Below, in pieces: positions 49,603-59,692 of a DNA stretch of 64,000 nucleotides. The stretch's first letter is position 1. Every line of letters starts with the position of its first letter. Under the pieces are notes generated by a model. That model saw nothing but the letters and a program-made list of their open reading frames with translations, had not been told where the DNA came from and ran no database searches. The position numbers and the translations under genes were made by a program. The DNA is from Candidatus Freyarchaeum deiterrae. GTDB taxonomy: Archaea > Asgardarchaeota > Jordiarchaeia > Jordiarchaeales > Jordiarchaeaceae. The DNA is taken from assembly GCA_037305845.1 (NCBI GenBank), contig CP147778.1:3488001-3552000 (forward strand), in the 5' to 3' direction.

Positions 49603-50280
49603 TTATTCTATAATTTCGATAGAAATATCTGCAAAGGATTCATCTTTTTTGTCAGATATTTTCAAAGTTACAACATCACATTTTGCAGTTCTTTTAAAAT
49701 ATCTTGAAATCACTGTTTCAACAACGCCACAAAGTACATAAAATAGATATGAACAATCGTCGAGATCCTCTAAGAAAGAGGATTTTTTGAATCGATAGAG
49801 GGCTTTGTTTCCTTTTTCATTAAGTTCTACGATTTTTATCTCAGTTTGGAGCTGAAATGGGTCCTGAATATTGAATGTATCTCCAAACAGTTCTAGGAAA
49901 TTCCTGTTGGTTAGACTAGAATCAATCACTTCGGGAAAACGAAAATTAAAATATTTGCCAAACTCACTGCCTATTTTTTTGAAGTTTTGTTCCTGATTTG
50001 GAAAATATCTTTTAAGTCCTGATAGAATTTCTTTACTGAAATTTACCATCCTTTCCCGTGGTAAGTATTTTCTTTCGGCCGAGAGGTATAAATTGTATGC
50101 TCCGATTCTTTTGCTAATTACCTTTTTTTTAGCTTCCAGACTGGCGACATATTTTGAAACGGTGTTTCTCGAAGCCTGAATACCACTCATAATACTCGCA
50201 ATTGTTAAACCCTGTGGATTGCTCTGTATGTAATCCAGAATTTTATCCTCGTAATATATTTTACCATTATTTTTTGGAAT
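49603..50280 (-). CDS. Winged-HTH plus V4R-like domain regulator
   Basis: KILDYIQSNPQGLTIASI...SRNTVSKYV HTH upstream of the called ATG (50190); FYVLCGVVE V4R-like C-domain; ATT start proposed. Confidence 0.7.
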   Translation of the reverse strand: MPKNNGKIYYEDKILDYIQSNPQGLTIASIMSGIQASRNTVSKYVASLEAKKKVISKRIGAYNLYLSAERKYLPRERMVNFSKEILSGLKRYFPNQEQNFKKIGSEFGKYFNFRFPEVIDSSLTNRNFLELFGDTFNIQDPFQLQTEIKIVELNEKGNKALYRFKKSSFLEDLDDCSYLFYVLCGVVETVISRYFKRTAKCDVVTLKISDKKDESFADISIEIIE

Positions 50281-50558
50281 TGTTAATTCACCCTCTTCTA
50301 TTTTCCCTATGTTTTATATATTGGCTTCAATATAACCCCAAAAGGAATAAAGAAATCCTTACATATATATTGATTACGATTGCGATTATATATGTAATGC
50401 TTATGATTAAATGTGGGCGTTTAGAAAAATGATGTAAAATCTCTTCTCCAGTGGACCCTGATCACATCTAGTCCTTTGAGCTGCTCGACCGCAATGTCGC
50501 GCGCCACGGGCACATTCATTTTTGATATTCGGAAAAGGGGGGGCGATTTTCTGAGGCG

Positions 50559-50972
50559 TTAGTGGGTTGTCCCTATCGCCTGTATGATTACTTTGCGTGT
50601 TCTGGGTCCGTCGAGTTCCAGGTGGAGGATTCTCTGCCAGGTGCCCAGTTCTAGTTTTCCGTCATCTACGGGTATGGTTACCGCGTTTTTGGCGAAGGCC
50701 GCCGCTATGTGAGCCGCAGCATTAGTGTCAATTCTGTCATGGTCATAATCCGCCCTACTGAAGACCTCCTGCACCCATCTCTTAATATCATTGAGCAAAC
50801 CCCTTTCAGCCTCATTAACCAATATAGCGGCAGTAGTGTGAAGAGTGTAAACAAAAGCAATCCCCTCCCTTATTCTAAAACCATCCACAATAGATTGAAC
50901 CTCACCAGTTATATCCTTCAACTCAATCCTCTCACTAGTTTTAACCTCAAACTGTTTAGAGAATAACTCCAT
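50559..50972 (-). CDS. yjbQ: YjbQ/UPF0047 (secondary thiamine-phosphate synthase-like) protein
   Basis: HTTAAILVNE, YDHD..DTNAAAHI, LGTWQ and ELDGPR motifs. Confidence 0.92.
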   Translation of the reverse strand: MELFSKQFEVKTSERIELKDITGEVQSIVDGFRIREGIAFVYTLHTTAAILVNEAERGLLNDIKRWVQEVFSRADYDHDRIDTNAAAHIAAAFAKNAVTIPVDDGKLELGTWQRILHLELDGPRTRKVIIQAIGTTH

Positions 50973-51131
50973 CCGTACACCTCCAAAACCAAAACCACAA
51001 ATACAAAACTCAAACCCATACCCTATTTATTCTCGTCACCCCACTACCCTTTATCTCAAGCTTTTAAATAGTTTCTTCAACCAATAATACTCAAAACACC
51101 CAAAGAAACAAACAAATAGACTTACAAACAA

Positions 51132-51217
51132 CCCCCCCTCCTCCGATTCTAGGGGTAGAGGGTAGGGGTGGGGATACACAAGGGGAGGGGAAGGGGCATA
51201 GGGGTGGGGGGGAGGAG
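51132..51217 (+). other. G-quadruplex-like G-run cluster preceded by a C tract
   Basis: Nine runs of 3 or more G within about 62 nt of an AT-rich intergenic region. Confidence 0.6.
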
Positions 51218-51325
51218 ATACGTTTAATTCTTGTTATTTTGTTTGGGAACTTTTTAAATATTGGACTGCCTTGAGTATAAGTATATTTGTAGAATTGTTT
51301 TGAAAATTTTTAGGATGTATTTTTG

Positions 51326-51407
51326 ATGGTGACTGAAGGATTCGCGGTTATGAAGTGTCCCCATTGCTAGGACAATAATAGCCGTAGAAAAGTTTTCCGG
51401 ATCTTAA
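51326..51407 (+). pseudogene. Deleted/nonsense copy of the 52302 zinc-finger gene
   Basis: MVTEGFAVMKCPHC then TAG, joined to an IAVEKFSG tail. Confidence 0.8.
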
Positions 51408-51674
51408 CCAGTTAACAGTGAAGAACTAGAAAGATTAATTTCCTCATTTTTCAAATATTGAAATCCAAAAAACGATTAAAAATGTAGAGGGGGGTAGACG
51501 CTGAATTTACCTTTCTAAGGGCGAGGGATAAGGACAGAGTAGCCGAATCATGCCGCAAATCTTTTCGTGTTACTAGGCTTAACCAAAGATAGAAGCCATC
51601 GTCCCGCCGATTGATGGTGATAGGAGAAATGTCTTTAATATGAAACTGATTATATTCAGTTGGAGGTATTTAAA

Positions 51675-51896
51675 GTGAAGAAATTGCGTCTGCCGATAAT
51701 TATTGAGATGGACGAGGATGGATATTACATTGCAAGCTGCCCGATGTTTAGGGGTTGTCATTCTTATGGAGAAACTATAGATGAGGCGTTGAAAAATATA
51801 AGGGAAGTTATAGACATGTGCCTTGAGGAGACAAAGCTTGAGGATCTCAACGAGTTCATAGAGTTTAGGGAGCTGGAAGTAGTCCGGAATGTCTAA
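51675..51896 (+). CDS. hicB: HicB antitoxin
   Basis: DEDGYYIASCP...GCHSYGETIDEALKNIREVI; GTG start after GGAGG. Confidence 0.9.
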   Translation: MKKLRLPIIIEMDEDGYYIASCPMFRGCHSYGETIDEALKNIREVIDMCLEETKLEDLNEFIEFRELEVVRNV

Positions 51897-52134
51897 GCTT
51901 CCCACAATTAAAGGCAGAGAGCTTTTAAAGCTTTTAGAATCTTTGGGTTTTAGTGTCACCAGAACGAGGGGTTCCCATGTTAGGATGAGATCGGAGGATG
52001 GGAGGGTAACCACGGTTCCTGTGCATGGAAACAAAGATATACCTAAAGGGCTTCTGCGTAAAATAATAAGAGAAGATCTGGAGATAAGCTTGGAAGAATT
52101 TTTAGAGTTATACTCAAGATACAAAGGAAAATGA
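51889..52134 (+). CDS. hicA: HicA toxin
   Basis: MSKLP...GF...RGSH...VPVHGNKDIPKGLL. Confidence 0.92.
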   Translation: MSKLPTIKGRELLKLLESLGFSVTRTRGSHVRMRSEDGRVTTVPVHGNKDIPKGLLRKIIREDLEISLEEFLELYSRYKGK

Positions 52135-52301
52135 AAGAGATGACTGACGCTTGGTCTAACATAGCTTACACATTACGCTCTCAGCCCTTACTTCGAGTCA
52201 TTGCTCTGTTTATTTTAGTTTTGGGATTTATTAAAATAGTGGAAAAACCGTATATATATTTGAAAAAATTGGGCTTTTAAAATTTTTAGGGTGTATTTCT
52301 G

Positions 52302-52493
52302 ATGGTGACTGAAGGATTTGCGGTTATGAAGTGTCCCCATTGCCAGGAGAATATTGGTATTTACTACGTTATGAGTTTGAAGAAGAAAACGGATAAAGTC
52401 ATGTATGATACGGGTTTTACCTGTCCCAGCTGTAATAATCAGGTGGTCTTGGAAATAAGCAAGATAGCTGTAGAAAAGTTCACTGGTTTTTGA
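52302..52493 (+). CDS. Small zinc-finger protein
   Basis: CPHC...CPSC; GGGTG SD. Confidence 0.75.
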   Translation: MVTEGFAVMKCPHCQENIGIYYVMSLKKKTDKVMYDTGFTCPSCNNQVVLEISKIAVEKFTGF

Positions 52494-52561
52494 CCAACTA
52501 TTAGAGTAGAGGACAAAAAATGTGAGGTATAAAGATTGACAAAATCCTAAAAATACTAGTT

Positions 52562-52858
52562 ATGGGGTACCTTCTCTTTTATGTAGCAATTATTTTCCTC
52601 ATCTTCGTAAACATGCCATTAAGCAACAACCCTCTTAATAATATGTTAGACATAACGGTGATCGCCGTTTCATCTCAATCACCGGGCTTGATTCTATTTT
52701 TTATGTTTTACAAAGAAAGTCAGCCGAATATCACATTTATTGTCTTCATTGCTGTGTTTGTTGTTAATCTGGTTATGGTTGGGTTACTACGTGTTTACCT
52801 CATTCATTCTAGGAATAAGAGGATAAAACGTTCCGCCACGGCTAAAGGAAACGCATAA
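52562..52858 (+). CDS. Small membrane protein
   Basis: Hydrophobic segments and a basic tail. Confidence 0.5.
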   Translation: MGYLLFYVAIIFLIFVNMPLSNNPLNNMLDITVIAVSSQSPGLILFFMFYKESQPNITFIVFIAVFVVNLVMVGLLRVYLIHSRNKRIKRSATAKGNA

Positions 52859-52996
52859 ACTTTTTTACTAACTGCACCCAGTAAAATGTATTATCAACTC
52901 GTTGAATTTATCATATCAAGTGTCTATTCTGGAAACTGAAAAATACAAAACAAAAATTCCTCTAATCATTCGAGAAGTATAAATTGGTGAAAGAAA

Positions 52997-53482
52997 ATGG
53001 TTTATGTGGATAAACCGAAGCCTAGCAAAGGTTACCTCATATATTTTATACTAGGATGTTTGGTTTTTCCGCCCGCACTCTTAATGCTTACTATTATTCT
53101 TACTATTGAGTTCACAAACCCCATTTTCCCGAATCCACCTTTAATACTGCTTGTTGACTTTTCTTTTTATGTCGTTTTGTCAATTATCTTCTTTGGAATA
53201 ATGGTTCACGCAATGTACAATACAGAGTACCGGATTGAGAACGGAAAACTTTGGTTGAAATTTGGGTCTGCAAGAAAGGAAAGTGTGTCATTGGACGAAA
53301 TAAGGGGTATCGAAAAAGTGGAGTTTATTAGAGGAAACTGGCAGCTTCGCTTCCACAATAAATCTTACTGCAACCGATTCAAAAATGGAATACGCATAAT
53401 CACTGAGAAGAGCACATATTGGGTCAGCCCCGAAGATAATGAAAGATTCGTTTCGAAATTAGGATTAAAGATTAGTAGCTAA
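52997..53482 (+). CDS. Membrane protein with a bacterial-PH-like domain
   Basis: Two TM helices, then TEYRIENGKL...LDEIRGIE...YWVSPEDNERFV. Confidence 0.75.
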   Translation: MVYVDKPKPSKGYLIYFILGCLVFPPALLMLTIILTIEFTNPIFPNPPLILLVDFSFYVVLSIIFFGIMVHAMYNTEYRIENGKLWLKFGSARKESVSLDEIRGIEKVEFIRGNWQLRFHNKSYCNRFKNGIRIITEKSTYWVSPEDNERFVSKLGLKISS

Positions 53483-53688
53483 ATTAAAAACGATTAACGA
53501 CTAAATGCGGCTCTGAGATTTAATGAGTGTTTTCGTATTATCTGTAGAACCGTTCTTCATCTACAACCCTGAGGGGGCAGGAGGACTTCTAACGCATTTT
53601 GTTATTCTGGTATGTTTAGGCAAGGCGGGGGCACTCCAGCTACATCCTTCTCGAATATTCCAAATAACCCTTTACAGTTCTTTCTGGG

Positions 53689-54264
53689 TTATTTTATTTT
53701 TGCAGGCTTATAGACAAGTAAAACATTCCCTGAATTAAATGTCTTTGTTTTCAAAAGTTTAAGATTAATTCTGTCCTTGACGTCTTTGAATAATGGTTTG
53801 CCGTCGCCTAAAATAACAGGATTCACTATAATCAGATATTCATCAATTAAGCCAAGTTGCGTAAAAGTTGATACAATGCTGCCACTACCGTATATCACCA
53901 TGTCCTTTCCGGGCTGTTGTTTCATTTTCGCGATTTCTTCCGGAATAACCTCTTTAACCAGCTTGGCATTTTTCCATTCAACTTTTTCCAGTGTCTTTGA
54001 AAAAACAATTTTGGTTTTATTATTTATTTGGTGGGCAATTTCAAGGTCGCTCTTTGAAGTTGATGGGTTCGTAGCCGCGGCAGGCCAATAACTTTCAAAA
54101 AGTTGGTAAGTCACTCGGCCGAATAAAATAGTATCGACCGTATTTAGTATACTGATGGCATATTGGTTAAATTCTTCATCCACGTTATGCCAATCTATTT
54201 CTCTGTTTGGTCCTTCAAAGTAGCCATCAAGGGATACCATTTCTGATGCAATTATTTTTCTCAT
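53689..54264 (-). CDS. Dihydrofolate reductase/RibD C-terminal family protein
   Basis: MVSLDGY, FGRVTY, YGSGS and LIDEY...PVILGDGKPLF motifs. Confidence 0.92.
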   Translation of the reverse strand: MRKIIASEMVSLDGYFEGPNREIDWHNVDEEFNQYAISILNTVDTILFGRVTYQLFESYWPAAATNPSTSKSDLEIAHQINNKTKIVFSKTLEKVEWKNAKLVKEVIPEEIAKMKQQPGKDMVIYGSGSIVSTFTQLGLIDEYLIIVNPVILGDGKPLFKDVKDRINLKLLKTKTFNSGNVLLVYKPAKIK

Positions 54265-54291
54265 ATAATTCCCTCATGTAACAGGCATGGT

Positions 54292-54684
54292 TTAAAATGC
54301 CCCGTCCTTATTTGGCGAATCAGCTGGCACTGGCTCGCCGATGTCCCACAATTCTACAATCTTATCACCTTGGAAGCGGAACAAGTGCACAGTTATGTAC
54401 TCTGCCTCGCCTGGACTTGGTAAGATGTGACAGTGTACGGCGACCAAGGCGTCATCGCCGAGCACGTGTTTGACTATGAGCTGTTTGTTTGGAAACTGAA
54501 CGTTATCCTCGATCATTGCCTTTTCCAGTGCAGGAAAACCTGTGGGAAAGTGTGGATTGTGGTGTTTACCTCCAAAGTCTACGTATGTCTGATAAGCCTT
54601 TTCAACCTGGCCCGCCACTACCAGTTGCAGAAATTGCACCGCCGCTTGTTTGTGGTCAAGGTTTTTAACATTTCTGTGCTTCAT
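54292..54684 (-). CDS. SnoaL/NTF2-like protein
   Basis: HHNP, DDALVAVH and HLFRFQGDKIVELWD; start set to MKHR after AGGTGG. Confidence 0.85.
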   Translation of the reverse strand: MKHRNVKNLDHKQAAVQFLQLVVAGQVEKAYQTYVDFGGKHHNPHFPTGFPALEKAMIEDNVQFPNKQLIVKHVLGDDALVAVHCHILPSPGEAEYITVHLFRFQGDKIVELWDIGEPVPADSPNKDGAF

Positions 54685-54745
54685 GAAACCACCTGATGAC
54701 CTATTCATTCTAATACTTAATAAAACATTGCATTTTAGAATAGTA

Positions 54746-54949
54746 TAGGATGTAATCGGAGGATGGGAGAGCAACTACTGTTCCTGTGCATGGAAACAAG
54801 GATATACCTAAAGGGCTTCTGCGTAAAATAATCAGAGAAGATTTGGAGATAAGCTTAGAAGAATTTTTAGAGTTATACTCATGATACAAAAGAAAATGAA
54901 AGAGATGACCGACGCTTGGTTAGACGTAGAAAAGTTCACCGGTTTTTAG
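54746..54949 (+). pseudogene. Duplicated hicA 3' half joined to a zinc-finger gene tail
   Basis: Near-copy of 51981-52154 followed by a copy of 52470-52493. Confidence 0.85.
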
Positions 54950-55196
54950 CCCGTTGTCCGAGAGTTTCTAAAGTCAGTTTTTCCATCTCTATCAGGTCAA
55001 AGACTCCCTTTTTTTGTCTGTCTTGAGATTTTTTATTAAACTCGGTTACCATAATATTCCTTCTCTCAGCTTAAAGAGAAGAAACTTGATATAAGAGATT
55101 ATTGTTATACATAAGATTATTATTGTTATTTTCGAACCATGAGAGAAATGGTTACCAAATTGATCAATAAAAAAACAGGAAGAGAGGTTTATAGTA

Positions 55197-57266
55197 ATGG
55201 AGAAGAAGAGCAAGGTGGTAATGAATAAGAAGAGTAAGATGGTTTGGCCAGCTGGATCGACGGATCCAATGTACAATCGGCCGTATGTGGATATAGACGA
55301 GTGGCGGGACCAACCGGTTCGCCATCGTTATGTCCATGGAGGGTTCGAAGGTACCGAATGTCGGTTCTCCTTCTACTTCCCGCCGGAGGAACTTTACGAA
55401 GGACGGTTCTTCCAACCGCTCATGGCGGTTTCGGGCACAGAGAATGCTGCAACTATGCCTGCGATGCTGAGCTTTATGATAGCGGACACCGTTCCCTTCG
55501 CTACTGCAAGTGGCGGCTACCTCGTGGAGTCAAACCAGGGCAAGACGGTCATGTTCCCTGACAAGGATAACACCACCATCACCGGCTTTCGAGCCAGTGC
55601 CGCAGTGGCCCGGTACTCGCGGGTGGTGGCCGCCGAGATGTACGGCGAGCACCGTCCCTATGGCTATGTCTACGGCGGCAGCGGCGGGGCCTACAAGACA
55701 ATCGCCTGTTTTGAGAACTGCATCAACGTCTGGGACGGCGCAGTACCATTCGTTATGGGATCACCCATAAGCATCCCCAACGTATTCACGGTGCAGGCTC
55801 ATGCCATGCGAGTGCTGCGGGACAAGTTCCCCGCCATCGTTGAAGCATTGGAGCCTGGCGGCAGCGGTGACATGTATAGCGGACTAACCACCGAGCAGCG
55901 TGAAGCACTCGCCGAGGTAACTCGGATGGGGTTTCCACCAAAGGCGTGGTTCAACGTAGCAAAGATCGCTATTGGGTACACAGGAGTCTTCGCCTCCCTC
56001 ATCGACAACATGTTCGATTGGGATCCCGAGTATTTCAAGGACTTCTGGACTGTTCCGGGCTACCTCGGTGCGAACCCTCCCGAGTCCCTCTTACGCGCCC
56101 GGGTTCAGCACAAGACGACCATCAGTAAGGTGATAATGGCCAGTGAGGCTGCTAAGATGGGTGTGCCATTGACGATGCCAGCGAAACTCGGTGACAGCAA
56201 GACGGAGTTACCGGCTATGCTCCAGCTCGAGAGTATACCGGAAGGAAGTCTCCAAGGAGTCGCCATGACCCTTATGAGCGGTGAGGCCGCTGGGCACACG
56301 CTCCACATCGCCGGAGCGTTCGGCAACCTACTGTTTATTGGGTTCGGCGAGGCGCACTTCCAGGCGCTGACTAAAATCAAGGTCGGCGACGAAGTGGAGC
56401 TCGACAACGCGAATTATCTCGCCGTCCAGACCTATCATCGCCACCAAGTACCGTCGCCTGACTACTATGTCTGGGACCAATTCCGGGCCGCGGGTAAACC
56501 GATCTACCCACAGCGACCCGTTCCGGTGAGCCCACGCTATATGCGGTACGCCGCCGGCTCCATACCGACCGGTCGGTTCGCAGGGAAAATGATCGTGGTT
56601 CAGTCGCTGATGGACGAAGCCGCCATCCCCTGGCAGGCGGACTGGTACCGCACGCTCGTGAAGGCCGCGCTGGGGCCGCGTCTCGATGACAACTACAGGC
56701 TCTGGTTCACCGAAAATGCTATGCACACGACACAGACCGCCTTGCCGACCGATCCCCGGCCGGTGGCGACAACCCGCGTCATCAGCTATGTTGGCGTCGT
56801 GGAGCAAGGGCTGCGTGATCTGAGCGCCTGGGTCGAGAAGGGCTTGGCGCCCCCTGCGAGCACCGTCTACAAGGTGGTGGACGGTCAAGTGCAGGTGCCG
56901 CCGACGGCCGCGGAGCGTAAGGGCATCCAGCCTGTGGTTATGCTGAATGCGAATGGCGGCGCGCTCGCCAAGGTCGCGGTCGACGAGACCGTTGAGTTCT
57001 CCGCGGTCATCGAGGTGCCGCAGGGCGCGGGCACGGTGGTGGCTGCGGAATGGGACTTCGAGGGCGCAGGTGACTATCCGCTCGTCGAGCAGTTCGACGA
57101 CACCAACACGTCGATGACTTGTGTGACCCTGAAGACCACCTATGCCTTCTCCAAGCCCGGCACCTACTTCCCGGCGCTGCGAGCCACCTCGCAACGACAA
57201 GGTGACTTCAAAACCCGAATTGCTCGCATCCGGAACATTGGTAGGGTGCGGGTTGTCGTCCGGTAG
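55197..57266 (+). CDS. Alpha/beta hydrolase (tannase/feruloyl esterase-like) with a C-terminal PKD-like domain
   Basis: YVYGGSGG nucleophile elbow, MDE and NAMH candidate triad residues, WDFEGAG...YFPALR; visibly GC-rich. Confidence 0.75.
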   Translation: MEKKSKVVMNKKSKMVWPAGSTDPMYNRPYVDIDEWRDQPVRHRYVHGGFEGTECRFSFYFPPEELYEGRFFQPLMAVSGTENAATMPAMLSFMIADTVPFATASGGYLVESNQGKTVMFPDKDNTTITGFRASAAVARYSRVVAAEMYGEHRPYGYVYGGSGGAYKTIACFENCINVWDGAVPFVMGSPISIPNVFTVQAHAMRVLRDKFPAIVEALEPGGSGDMYSGLTTEQREALAEVTRMGFPPKAWFNVAKIAIGYTGVFASLIDNMFDWDPEYFKDFWTVPGYLGANPPESLLRARVQHKTTISKVIMASEAAKMGVPLTMPAKLGDSKTELPAMLQLESIPEGSLQGVAMTLMSGEAAGHTLHIAGAFGNLLFIGFGEAHFQALTKIKVGDEVELDNANYLAVQTYHRHQVPSPDYYVWDQFRAAGKPIYPQRPVPVSPRYMRYAAGSIPTGRFAGKMIVVQSLMDEAAIPWQADWYRTLVKAALGPRLDDNYRLWFTENAMHTTQTALPTDPRPVATTRVISYVGVVEQGLRDLSAWVEKGLAPPASTVYKVVDGQVQVPPTAAERKGIQPVVMLNANGGALAKVAVDETVEFSAVIEVPQGAGTVVAAEWDFEGAGDYPLVEQFDDTNTSMTCVTLKTTYAFSKPGTYFPALRATSQRQGDFKTRIARIRNIGRVRVVVR

Positions 57267-57318
57267 GACAAGCGACGGTTCGAACGCGTAGTCCCTTGTG
57301 GCGCGCTGAGTTCATTCG

Positions 57319-57345
57319 GTTTTCATCCGCGTCTGGGATGAAAAC
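57319..57345. repeat. Perfect 10-bp inverted repeat
   Basis: GTTTTCATCC-N7-GGATGAAAAC. Confidence 0.7.
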
Positions 57346-57776
57346 ACATTATCCCTTTTTGGGTAAGGCATCTGCACTACTCCAACTTGCTTAGCCTGGA
57401 GAGAATCAACCACCTCACCGATGCACTCCTTCCTATACGCACCGCCAAGGAATCGAGTGTTCTCATTCAAAACTACTTACTACTTTTGTACCTAATAGTC
57501 TGGTACGGTAAAATCGTGGAATAGCTCACTATACCTTAGAATAGTTTTTCAGCCACGGAGATTGAAAGCTCTTTTTTCAACCCTTCTATTTAGCCGGAAA
57601 TTTAAACTTGCAAAGGCAGTTCTCCAGATTTTAATGTTTTCTTAGGTAGAAGTTTTTAAATATTATGGACTGGTTATTAGTGTTTGTTGAATCGATTTAC
57701 GAGCTCGGGGCGCTATCAGTCCATCTCAGAAGAGGATTTTGAAATAAATGTTCCTTGGATTTGAAATAAATTAAAG

Positions 57777-58397
57777 GTGAGGAATTTGAAGTTTGTGGCT
57801 TTAGGTGATATTCACAGTAATTTGGAAGCTGCGGAAAATTCTAGAAGTTACATTGAGGAGAAGAGACCGGCTGCGGTGCTGGTTTGTGGTGATGTAACAA
57901 CCTCCGGGGGTAAAAGGGAGGTGCAGAGAATCATTGAAACTTTGGCGGTAGGCAATATTCCGGTTTTGTATGTTTGGGGGAATATGGATAGGGTGGAGCC
58001 TGATTTTCAGGTTCAGGGTGTTAATGCGATTTGCCTTCATGGTAAGAAGAGCGTGTTTGGTGATGTTGAACTTGTTGGGCTTAGTGGCAACGCTTGGGGT
58101 TACGGTTTTCTCAGCGATATTGAAAAGTCGGATAAGCCCTTAATATTGGTGTCACATGAGCCACCGGAAAATGTTTTGGACAAGACTTGGAGCGGAAGCC
58201 ACGCCGGTGATCCCCAGATAAGAAGTTTCATAGAGAGGGTTCAACCGGAATTAATGGTTTGTGGGCACATTCATGAGGCCCGTGGGGAGGATAAAATCGG
58301 CAAAACCATAGTGTGTAATGTGGGAAAACTGGGGGATGGAAACATACTGACCATAGATATTAACGGTGAGGTAGTGGTGAAGAGAGACAAAATCTAA
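57777..58397 (+). CDS. Metallophosphoesterase (Icc-like)
   Basis: DIH, GD, GNMD, SHEPP and GHIHE motifs. Confidence 0.93.
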   Translation: MRNLKFVALGDIHSNLEAAENSRSYIEEKRPAAVLVCGDVTTSGGKREVQRIIETLAVGNIPVLYVWGNMDRVEPDFQVQGVNAICLHGKKSVFGDVELVGLSGNAWGYGFLSDIEKSDKPLILVSHEPPENVLDKTWSGSHAGDPQIRSFIERVQPELMVCGHIHEARGEDKIGKTIVCNVGKLGDGNILTIDINGEVVVKRDKI

Positions 58398-58462
58398 TTT
58401 AATTTAATCTGAGTAAGTGTCTGTCTGTCCTGATTCGGCTTGGCTTGAAAAAACTTTCATTT

Positions 58463-59692
58463 TTAGTTGTCGCAGCCTATTATCATTGGTATTTTTGGGG
58501 GCTTGTACCTAATCTTTGCTGAGACCTCTTTGGTCTGGTTTTCCATTGTGAGTGAACTTATGAGGTACATGGTGTTTAGTAGGTCCATTTCTTCTCGGGT
58601 TTTAAGCTGGCCTAGTAGTTCTTCCAGTTCGAGCGCATTTTTTTCCTCATCGAAAATGGAGAAGAATAGTTCCGATACCTTATCTACATCTAACGCTTCA
58701 TTTCCGTTGTTTCTTTCTGCGTTTTTTGCGTATTTTTCTACTACGTATGTGAAATCGATTTCGAGAGAGTTTTCTGTTTCGCGAACTGGGATTTTTGCAA
58801 ACAAGTTGTAGCCGCTTAGTAGGCAGAGGGGAATTCCGTCTTTTCTCATTACGAGTATTCCGATTTCGAAGGGTGAGAGTGGGAAGGTGTACGCGGCTTG
58901 GACTTCTTGCTTCTTTAGGAATTCTAATTTCTTCAAATCCTCGATTCCCTTGCTTGAGAATTTGGAGGCTCTAGTTATGGTGTCAATGGTCATGGTAACG
59001 CTGTCGATGTTCAGGGTTTCGGTTATTGCTTGGCAAATCTGGATGCAGGTTGATGCGGCGTCAAACTCCAGCTGTGTTGCATTATTGCAGGGGGATAGTT
59101 TACACTCTTCTTCGCCCAGTTCGCAGTTTGCGACGAGGTGGAATAAGCTGTAGGCTCTCGATATGAGGAAGTTGATGCCCTCTTTCTCAGCATATTTTTT
59201 ATAAAACTGGAACAGTTCGTAAACATCAAGCATTAGGGAATCTGAATCGATATAGTGGGGGATATTCAGCACGCTTTTACCTAGAAGTATTTCGATTCTT
59301 CCATCCCCCTTATCCAGATTAACAACCAAATTCATTTGCAGCGTTCTTCCATCGAGGAGAACCTTAAGAGGTAACAACTTACTGAACTTTGACTCCAAGA
59401 TATCACTTAGGCTTCTATAAGTGCACTCGGTTTCCCCCTCGTTTTTAAACCGTTCATCATAGTAATCGGTACACTTCAAAATTTCGTGGTCAGCCTTTTC
59501 CGAAAGGTTGTTACTCTTACCCAGAAATACGTATTTATCCTCCACTCTTTTAACATACTGCTTCAATTGAAGCAACATAACTATACGCAGGAGTTTTTCA
59601 CTATCAAGACCCGATTCTTCCAGCAAATTCTCCCAAATAAGCTCTCTTTTAGACTTTAACAATAGGTAAACCGTTATCATATCCTTGTTCAT
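58463..59692 (-). CDS. Hypothetical protein, possible N-terminal winged helix
   Basis: 409-aa ORF with a GAGGTGG SD; no recognised catalytic motif. Confidence 0.7.
   Translation of the reverse strand: MNKDMITVYLLLKSKRELIWENLLEESGLDSEKLLRIVMLLQLKQYVKRVEDKYVFLGKSNNLSEKADHEILKCTDYYDERFKNEGETECTYRSLSDILESKFSKLLPLKVLLDGRTLQMNLVVNLDKGDGRIEILLGKSVLNIPHYIDSDSLMLDVYELFQFYKKYAEKEGINFLISRAYSLFHLVANCELGEEECKLSPCNNATQLEFDAASTCIQICQAITETLNIDSVTMTIDTITRASKFSSKGIEDLKKLEFLKKQEVQAAYTFPLSPFEIGILVMRKDGIPLCLLSGYNLFAKIPVRETENSLEIDFTYVVEKYAKNAERNNGNEALDVDKVSELFFSIFDEEKNALELEELLGQLKTREEMDLLNTMYLISSLTMENQTKEVSAKIRYKPPKIPMIIGCDN

Noticed and set aside
52154-54925. Integron attC-like boxes (GTCTAAC at 52154, GTTAGAC at 54919 and 52645)
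   Set aside because: No complete attC hairpin of normal length and no integrase. The 54919 box is explained by the deletion junction between the hicA and zinc-finger copies. IntegronFinder would settle it.
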